From the NCBI RefSeq assembly GCF_009914755.1, contig NC_060929.1: a stretch of 64,000 bases of DNA. One strand, written 5' to 3'. The position numbers were made by a program, and so were the translations under genes. Shown here in pieces: positions 55,277-64,000 of the stretch (positions within the stretch are counted from its first letter, which is position 1; each line of letters opens with the position of its first letter). The notes under the pieces are model-generated. The model ran no database searches, was not told the origin of the DNA, and saw only the letters and a list, made by a program, of their open reading frames with translations. This DNA is from the human T2T-CHM13v2.0 reference genome, Homo sapiens.

Positions 55277-55680
55277 AGTATTAATCAGGATTCAATGGCT
55301 GCAGGAGACAAACAGTTTCACAAACGAGGGTAATTAACTGGCTCATAGGCAATATCTCAAGAAAGGTGGGGTATTGTTATACTTCATGTGTTGCAGAAAC
55401 ATAGATGCTCCAATTTTACATGTTCTTTCTGTGTATGTAACATTCTTTGCCTTCTGGGTCTCAGCTTTATCTCTCAGGTTGACGTCTGTCACAGCTGTAG
55501 AGATAGTCACTGTCAATTCCTAGTTTCACAGTCTCCCATTTTCCAGTGGAGTCTTACTCTTTCTTTGTTTCCAGTTCAAATGTATTATTGAAGAATCCTG
55601 GTTCTTAATTTAGCTTCGGGACCTATTGAATCAGTCTGTGGAAGCTGGAATAATATGATTAGGGCAGCAGAAATGAAGAA
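55277..55680 (-). mobile_element. Old MLT1 (K-like) remnant
   Basis: tattaatcaggattc..ggctgcaggagaca..aactggctcat; weak similarity only. Confidence 0.45.
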
Positions 55681-55798
55681 TGCTTCTTTAGACCAATCAC
55701 TATGTCCATGAGGCAGACTAAGGACTACATGACCCTAATAAATTCTAATTTCTAGAGCTTCTTATCTGGATCCTGAAGCAGTTTCGGCCTTTATACTA

Positions 55799-56232
55799 TG
55801 AGAGACTGAATACACTAACAGACAATGGTGGTTCCACACACAGAAAATCAACTCTGACCTCTGCAGCAACCAGTCTGCAGCGATTGGTCCAAATGCTTAG
55901 GAATTGGTGGGTAACTTCCAGCTTCCCTAAGTGTTTCCCTCCAGCTTCCAATTTAGAACCAACCAGAGAATGCTAATTATGCAGCTTCACCCATCAAATA
56001 GGATGTTTTGCTTCTAGTTATCCAACCTTTAGATTCCCCATGACAATAATTTCCAACCAGGGCATTCCGGCAGCCTTCTGGTTTTCCCATGATAAAGCTT
56101 TCTCACTGCCTGCCTGCCTTTGATTCGTTGCCATATTGCAAGTGATGGTGGCCAACTCCCTGGCTACAGCAAGCTCTGACTGAATAACCTGTATTTCTTT
56201 TCATTTGAGCAGTCTTAGCTTATTTTTATAAC
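55799..56232 (+). mobile_element. MER4-group ERV1 solo LTR (LTR54-like)
   Basis: tgagagactg..aactctgacctctgcagcaaccag..gcttccaatttagaaccaaccagagaa..aagtgatggtggccaactccc..acagcaagctctga. Confidence 0.65.
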
Positions 56233-57892
56233 TATTGAGGAAACGTTGTAGCAACCCTTACACTAAATGAACTTAATTATGCCAAACCTTTACTTACTAC
56301 TTAAACAAATACTCTTCCAGACAATGTTACCAAACAGTGTCCCCTTTGTTGTGAAATCTTGTAGATACTGTTTAATTAGTAGAATCCTCTTACTTTCTTT
56401 TCCCTGTCAGTTTTACAGTATCCAACTGGTCCCGTGTATGATAGAAAACATTTCTATAAGGTAACACAGTATATTTCAACCCACACTATTACTATTGATG
56501 AGATTACTTTGCTATTCACATCTCATAACATTAGCAAAAATGCACAAATCTTAAACTGCCTTCTTTTTCCCCTCCAGGATGAAGGACAACCACATATTTA
56601 GCTGACAGTGATTCAAACTCTCATCTTGTCCAAAACTGACTTAAATGGCATAACTTTAATTAACTCTGATCTTACATTATCTGTTGACAGTTTTCACCTA
56701 GAATAGAGAAAATTAACCTTGTTTTGGATATTCTCTTATCTCTGAAGACTCCATCTGCCTGGGTTGCTGAATCAATTTTTGTAACTGGAACTCACAATCC
56801 AGCCTGAGGCAAAAAGTGAAGAGTATATGAGAGAGAGAACATTTATGTAGATAGTAGACAAGCACTAGAAATTGTGCATGATTTTGGAATGAAGGGCTCT
56901 TAGGTTCATTTTCGACTCTTAGCTGCAAGTATAGAAATTAAAAAGAAAATTAATGTTTTATCTGACTCCTTAAGAAATTATAAGTTAATTTAAACATATC
57001 TACTCCAGTGAAATAGAAATGAAATCTAAAGTTAATTCTCAGGCATATTGCTTTGCAAGAAATGCTCCTCTTCATAGAAAGCTGCCCAAGTAAACAAAAT
57101 ACTCCCTTACTGTAAACATTTATTCCTCTTTATGAAAAGTTACTTGTAAAAGAATTTTAACTAGGTATTGAGATTTATTTGACAGTTCAATGATAGCCAC
57201 TCGGTGGCTCCTAAATCCGTACAAATAACATTAGCAATCACACTGTGTGGATCTACCTAAAATACTAAAGGTATCTCAGAATCAGTGTTACTAAGATATC
57301 GTGGATGAGTTTGTCTAGAGAAGAGCAAGCATGCCTTATCTGGAAATTCTGTAACCACCACAATGCTGATTAATCTGTAAAAGTGGGTCAAAACTTTCAA
57401 CCACTATCACAGGCACTTTAACCCCCTATAAATGGACATTGTACAAATACCTTAGTCCCAAGGAAACCAATATGTCCTGGAGATTGTTTGTGAATGTCCC
57501 TAGTGGAGCAAAGCCTAAGTATAAGAATCTTTTTGGTGTGTTTTCCCCACCTGGGATCTCCTGTCAACCCTGTCAGCTGAAGGAAGGGCTCATTTTACAA
57601 GGAAGTGTTTTTGACGATTTTGCATGGTTGTCTTTATCTCTAAAGCATAATTACACTTATAATCTGAAAAGTATATAAAAGATAGAGATATTAAGTTGTT
57701 TGTTAAAAATAAGTAATCTGAATGTTCAGAATGACTTCGTCTCCCTTGTTCTATAGTGCTTCTTTCAGTGTTACTAGCCATGTGATCCTCAGCTTTAAAT
57801 CTTACAGGCTTTTTCTTGTGAAGTGGTAACTGTAAGAACCATGAACTTGGATCTAGTTACTACATTCGCCAATTCTTCATTTTGTGGTAGTT

Positions 57893-58100
57893 GTTGTTAT
57901 TTTTCTTTATGAGACAGGGTCCTGCTCTGTTGCCCAGGCTGATGTACAGTGGCATGATCACGGCTCATTGCAGCCTTGAACTCCTGGGCTCAAGCAATCC
58001 TCCAACCTCAGCCTTCTGAGTAGCTGGAACTACAGGCATGCACCACCATACCTCACCATTTTCTTTTTTTGTATATATACATTTTTTTTTCGGTAGAGAA
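57893..58100 (-). mobile_element. AluJ right monomer / FRAM-like
   Basis: gagacagggtc..gatcacggctcattgcagccttgaactcctgggctcaagcaatcctcc. Confidence 0.85.
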
Positions 58101-58139
58101 TCAGTTCTTCATTATTAAGTTTATAAAATACCAGCCAGA

Positions 58140-58450
58140 GGCCAGGCGCAGTGGCTCACGCCTATAATCACAGCATTTTGGGAGGCTGAGGCAGATGGAT
58201 CACTTGAGGCCAGGAGTTCAAGACCAACCTAGACAACATGGTAAAATCCTGTCTCTACTAAAAATACAAAAAAATTACAAAAAATTAGCCAGGCATGGTA
58301 GTGCCTGCCTGTAGTCCCAGCTACTTGGGTGGCTGGGGCATGAGAATTGCCTGAACCCAGAAGTCAGAGGTTGCAGTGAGCCGAGATCATGTCACTGCAC
58401 TCCAGCCTGGATGACAGAGAGAGAAGCTCTCAAAAAAATAAAAATAAAAA
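58140..58450 (+). mobile_element. AluS (Sz-like) with duplicated A-rich linker
   Basis: ggatcacttgaggccaggagttc; TSD aaaata(c)cagccagag. Confidence 0.88.
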
Positions 58451-58895
58451 TACAGCCAGAGATCGATTTAACTGTTAACTATTATTTGATGTAATTAGCT
58501 ACATACCTATCATATAATTAAAATTCAGTATTGAGATGGTTGTCATAGGGACACTTCAAACCAGATTAAGTTTATTTTAAAAGTGAATTGAGAGATTTTA
58601 CTTTATAAAAAAAAAACCAATTTGGTTAGTTTGCCATTTAGGCTTCTAATTTTGATCTGAGGCCTGCTAACCCTGGAGATTACACAAAGACTTTGTGAGG
58701 CGTACTGCGGCCAGGCAAAGACTTTTAAAGAACAGGTTTCCAGGTGTCACATTCGAATACTTCTTTCATCATTCTTGCTGTCCCTCTTTCATTTCTTCTT
58801 TTTCAAAAGAATTCTTCTCCCACAATGTTTCTTTTTTTAAAAGAGAAAAATATATCTCCACTTTTTTTAACTTTACCTTGGTGCTTTGTCCCCAG

Positions 58896-58960
58896 GTGTT
58901 GAAATTTCCAGGATGCAAAACGAAGGGGCAATTCAAAACATTCATCTCCACTTCTCAAAA
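58896..58960 (+). other. Candidate 65-nt internal exon (probably non-coding)
   Basis: tttaac branch-like site, pyrimidine tract and ccccAG acceptor; AAA|GTAAGT donor. Confidence 0.4.
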
Positions 58961-59752
58961 GTAAGTCACCTTGATGACTGGGTAACAAAATCTTGCTAAT
59001 CATTTGTGTTTTTTGTTTTGTTTTGTTTTGTTTTAGATTTTTAATTACTTTTAAAAATTTGAAGAAATACCTAGTTGAATTGTCAATGGACACCTGCAAT
59101 TTTTGTTGTCATTCTTCAAAGGAGTTCAAAGAATCAAATGTCATTGTTATAACAAAGCCCTTCCAATCCTATCCACTTATTTCTGAGAACAAGATTTCTC
59201 AGTTCTTAGATCTTATAAAAATAATGATATAGGAATAAGAATGATGTGGAACCTGCCACCTTCTAGCAATAAAAAAGGTTCATTTATAAAAACATGAATT
59301 TATAGGCAAAACATTAGGAGGTAAATTTCAAAAAACGCTTTTGCAAATAATTAAATTTTAAAATCTGTCACATGTTTATGTTTTAATTCAACTTTTAATA
59401 AAATTTGAATGTATGGAGGCATTTTTTATTTTTTCCTCCTTATCACTCTGGGCCATAAAGCTCCACTTCTTTCAGAACATGTGCATGAGATATTTATACA
59501 GCTCTTCAGCTAAGGTTACTAATATGCAGCCCTGTGATGCCACCAGTTATAATTCTATTACTGCATTATTACTCTTTCAATTAAAAAGAAATAGTAGAAA
59601 AAACAAAGCAAACAAACAAACAAAAGGCAAAATAATTGCATTTCAGAGGATGTCTGTTCCCGTGTAAGGTGCGCCTGTCCTTGCTTCAAGGGGAGTGGGT
59701 TACTTTTTTTTAAGTTTTTATATTTTCAAGATTTGGGGTTTGATACAACCAT

Positions 59753-60177
59753 TTTTTTTTTAACTTTAAATTCTGGGATACATGTGCTAAACGTGCAATT
59801 GTGTCACATAGGTATACATGTACCATGGTGGTTTGCTGTACCTATCAACCTGTCATCTAGGTTTTAAGCCCCACATGCATTAGGTATTTGTCCTAATGCT
59901 CTCCCTCCCCTTGCCCCCCAGCCCCCGACAGGCCTTGGTGTGTGATGTTCCCCTCCCTGTGTCCATTTGTTCTCATTGTTCAGCTCCCACTTATGAGTGA
60001 GAACATGTGCTGTTTGGTTTTCTGTTCCTGTGTTAGTTTGTTGAGAATGATGGTTTCCAGCTTCATTCATGTCCCTGCAAAAGACATGAATTCTTTCTTT
60101 TTTATGGCTGCATAGTATTCCATGGTATATATGTGTCACATTTTCTTTATCCAGTCTATCAATTGATGGGCATTTGG
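59753..60177 (-). mobile_element. L1PA7-like 3' end
   Basis: catctaggttttaagccccacatgcattaggtatttgtcctaatgctctccctcccc; TSD ACAACCAT. Confidence 0.9.
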
Positions 60178-61863
60178 ACAACCATATTTTTTGTTGAGTT
60201 TTGTTTCTTTAGTGGCTTAGCCATCTCTGCTGGTTTTAGTTAGTTCCAGCTGAGTCAATGGCTCATCTTAGACTGCATTTCTACCACCAACCTCTGCAAG
60301 GAAATACTCCACAGGACTTCTGGCCTAGACCTGAGGTTGCCATGGATTCATATTGAGCAAGTGAGTTCCATGTACACATCCCAGTCTTTCCTCAAGTAGC
60401 CTGCACGCCCTGTCTCCACCCTCAGTTTAAGAACACCAATGAGGTTTTTGAGATGTTCTTCTTACTCTCTGCCAAAGCAAGATATCTGATAGAAGGAGAA
60501 ACCCTGTATTGACTCCCTGGCTTTTTGTTTATTCCAAAATTATGCTCTGTCTGGCTGACACATTGTGAAATTTAAGGGGAAAATTAGACCTTTTCCTCAT
60601 TTCACTTTCATTGTTTCTTTTTTTAAAATCTATTGTGTATTTCATTCATTTTGGGGGGGGAACAAATTCTACAAACTGCTTTAATATTGTCCTTTTTTTC
60701 TAATATTCACATTAACTTTTTATGTAAAACATACCAATGCTTTTAATAAAGCTTACATAGGAATAAACTATTATAGACCTGCATAGATATAAGTACACAT
60801 GTATTAATCTACATTAAAATAATGGATTTTATTCTGCGAAGACTCCAAGTTGCTCCTGGGTGCTAAGTGAAGCACTTAGGGAAATGTGTTCAGTCTTTGA
60901 GGTCATAGGAACATTAGATTATATCAAAGGAAACCTGGAGCCATCAGCTAAGTGGCCCTTCTGTCCTGTAGATACATAAAAACTAATGTGCTCCGCTATG
61001 CGGCTCACTTTCTGCTATTAGATACTATGAGGCACTAAGAAAAAACTACTGCCTGCATCATATCTTTCTTCGGTTTGAGATAAAGAGAATGGCCAGAACT
61101 GTATACAAGTCATGAAAGGCCCTGGTGTACATTTTTCAAAGTAGTGCAGATTGTGTTGAAATTATCAGTTTATCTTGCATATAAAAAAAACGTATATACA
61201 CTTTGAGTAAAATATAAAAAGTGGTAAATATCACGAAAAGTTTGTTTTACTGTAACCATTTCTTGTTCTATTCTATTTGAGTATTTGCTCTATATATTTG
61301 ATATACTTCCAGAATGCATCCTATTCACAAAGCAGGCAATTACTCTATCAGTGAATACAGTTGCAGAGTCTCTCCTCTATTCAGCTTCATTTGTACCTCC
61401 ACTCCAGCCACTTGCAGAAATGGCGGATGCATCAAAAAGACTGGTTACAGGCCTTGCACCCTCCAAGCGGCTAATTACCAAGATGTTAAGTAAATGACCA
61501 TTGCTCTTTATCATCCCCAATGGCATATAAAAAGGATGTTAAACAGGTTGTCTCATGTTCCCTATACATTTATTCATTCCCGTGTTAAAATACGTCTTAT
61601 GGGAAAAACAAAATTCACCAAAGAATGAGGAAGCGAACATGTGTTAACAGAGGGACTTCTGGCTAATTTTACAAAGAAGGATAAAAATTCTCAAAATATG
61701 TGTGGGGTGGATTGCGGGGGTATTACATATTCATAGCATGCCGCAGAAATCATTTTAAGTCTATCAAAAACAACTATATTGTGCATTTTCAAATAAGCAC
61801 ATATAAAAGATGAGCTATAAGAAGAGAGAAGGATGCTAAAATAAATAAGTGAAAGAGAAAAAT

Positions 61864-62193
<330 letters not shown>

Positions 62194-63814
62194 TCAGGAC
62201 AGGAATCCAGGATGACTTTACTATATTTGAACCATAGAACATTAACCAAAATCTTATTTTTCTTCCCCTCAGTAGTTTGAAGTTGAGCAATATCTGTGTC
62301 TTTTGCATCACACTCTGAAATTGCAAATTATTTCTTGTCCTTTCAGATAAATGATTATGCAAAAGAAGCCCAGAACTGGCACAATTTAGAAGGTTTGAGG
62401 TTGCTCTCATGTGTTTGTAGGGTATGCTATCATCATCCCATAGCCTAAGGCTGTAGTATTGGACTCTCTGGAAGCAGCTCTGAATGTGATAGGATGGAGA
62501 TAATTGAAGATACAAGCAGCCATTATGTGTCTGAATATTGGTTTACTAGAAGAGCTAGATGTGTAGGAGCACATCCTTACTTGACAAATGTCTGACAGAA
62601 TGACCTGGCACCATTACTGTTTTAAATGTGTAATATGCTATCTCAACTGGGACATTTTATGAAAGCTATAGGTTGTGACCTACTGTTCATTACACTTAGT
62701 TTCTGAGGTGCCAAAGACTGATGTGTGAGCCAAAGTTCATTATTGTTCTTCACTGGATCTTTGCATTTATTAGTCTGATGTTAATGGGATTCGCTCTTGA
62801 GTTGGATTGATGTTCAAGGTTAGAGCCACAGATGAGCTCCTGATCTTGACCAGAAATGATTTGCCCATTGCCAATTAGAAGAAGAAAAGGGCAAGGTGGA
62901 GGTTGAACTTGGAGTTAATAGGAATAATAGATGCTGAGGGTGCAAGATGAAACTCAGTAAGATAATACACTCTATTCTTAGACTGGCAAATTTACATAGT
63001 AAAGAGAACTTTTATCATTGTCATCCAAAGAAAATATAATCCTAAGAGAAAAAGTCCAGCTAGTTTTTTTTTTCTTTTTTGTTACCTGCTCATAGGATAT
63101 AAACTTATTTCTATCACACACAGGTATCATTTTCTACACTTAAAACACTTCTTCTATTTCACACAAATGACAAAAAATGTCCTTCAATTATTTTGACACA
63201 CGATCTCTCAAGATACATATCGTTTTATATCAACTATAAATACAAATTTAAAATTTTGATAAAAGAGAAATAACTGGAATAAAACAAAGCAGTATTTTTT
63301 AAAACTATAGCTTTTCCCCTAAGATATTCTCACACTAAAGAATTTTTCCCAATTCTTCTCCCCCACTGAGAAGTACAGTCTTCAAAAATTAGTCCAGGTA
63401 TTAGTGTTTACCAAGGAGGAATATTTTGAACAAGAATAATCTGATGCTACTTTTCATTTGTCAAGTACATTTTCTAAATTATATTCTAATAAGAGAGAAT
63501 ATGCACATTTGCATGTCATGATTCTTATAAATATTTACTGAGTACTGTCTCTCTGTAAAGAACTACAGTGGGATGGATTTAAGATATATAATACATAATT
63601 TTTCATCTTCAAATTGTTCACGTTTTGTAGAGATAGTAACTTGTGCATAAATGACTAGAATGTTAAGTTGCTAAGTGACAAGTGACAAAAATGTTTAACC
63701 TGTAAAATCTTCCCCTTGGGAAATTGAGGAATAAAAACTTCCAACTAAAGGAACAAAGATTGTCATGAGCAAAGTTGTATAAAAAATAAATTAAATGTAG
63801 GATAATAAAGGTAG

Positions 63815-64000
63815 TGTATTAAAGTGAGAAGGGTTAGGGTTTCTTAGGTGACAGACTGGCTTGATTTTGTGACTTGTGTGATGGTAGCAAGTTATGTAAC
63901 ACCTCTGAGTTTCCATATCTTCATCTGTGAAGTAGACATAGCTGAACCAACCACATGGAATTGTTGCGAGGGTGAAATGCAATGGTGTGTGCAAGTTTCT
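63815..64000 (+). mobile_element. MIR SINE
   Basis: gcaagttatgtaacacctctgagttt..cttcatctgt..ttgttgcgagggtgaaatg core. Confidence 0.75.

Noticed and set aside
61386-61493. EGF-like peptide FICTSTPATCRNGGCIKKTGYRPC
   Set aside because: Only four cysteines with wrong spacing, followed by a stop, with no convincing donor and no neighbouring exons; likely chance.

Overview
AT-rich, gene-poor human genomic DNA; two AluYa5 insertions indicate Homo sapiens. I find no intact protein-coding gene, RNA gene or CRISPR array. The ORF track is almost entirely TE-derived or chance ORFs. A large part of the window is recognisable interspersed repeat: L1 of several ages, Alu J/S/Y, MaLR LTRs, ERV1/ERVL LTRs, MER2/MER20/MER58/MER5, L2 and MIR. 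The main structure is a ~13.3 kb minus-strand MER4-group ERV1 provirus (12288-25585) with two LTRs, a degenerate tRNA-Leu PBS, a PPT and an env TM remnant. It contains nested insertions: L1PA8, an MSTA LTR, an L1 with both ends intact but ~5 kb missing, and a ~3.9 kb foreign block that looks like an unannotated 3'UTR-only retrocopy (AATAAA, A-tail, degenerate TSD), itself carrying L1PB1 and AluYa5. Other items of note are a multiply deleted ~2.2 kb HML-6/HERVK3 provirus with a tRNA-Lys3 PBS, a 37-bp-arm hairpin, a twin-primed L1PA4, a 205-nt homopurine AluY tail, a possible abortive-TPRT scar and a few well-flanked candidate non-coding exons at 52-59 kb. Subfamily names come from my recollection of consensus diagnostics, not from a database search, and boundaries of old elements are approximate. 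Nothing here is convincingly a new biological system; the best leads are listed as findings.
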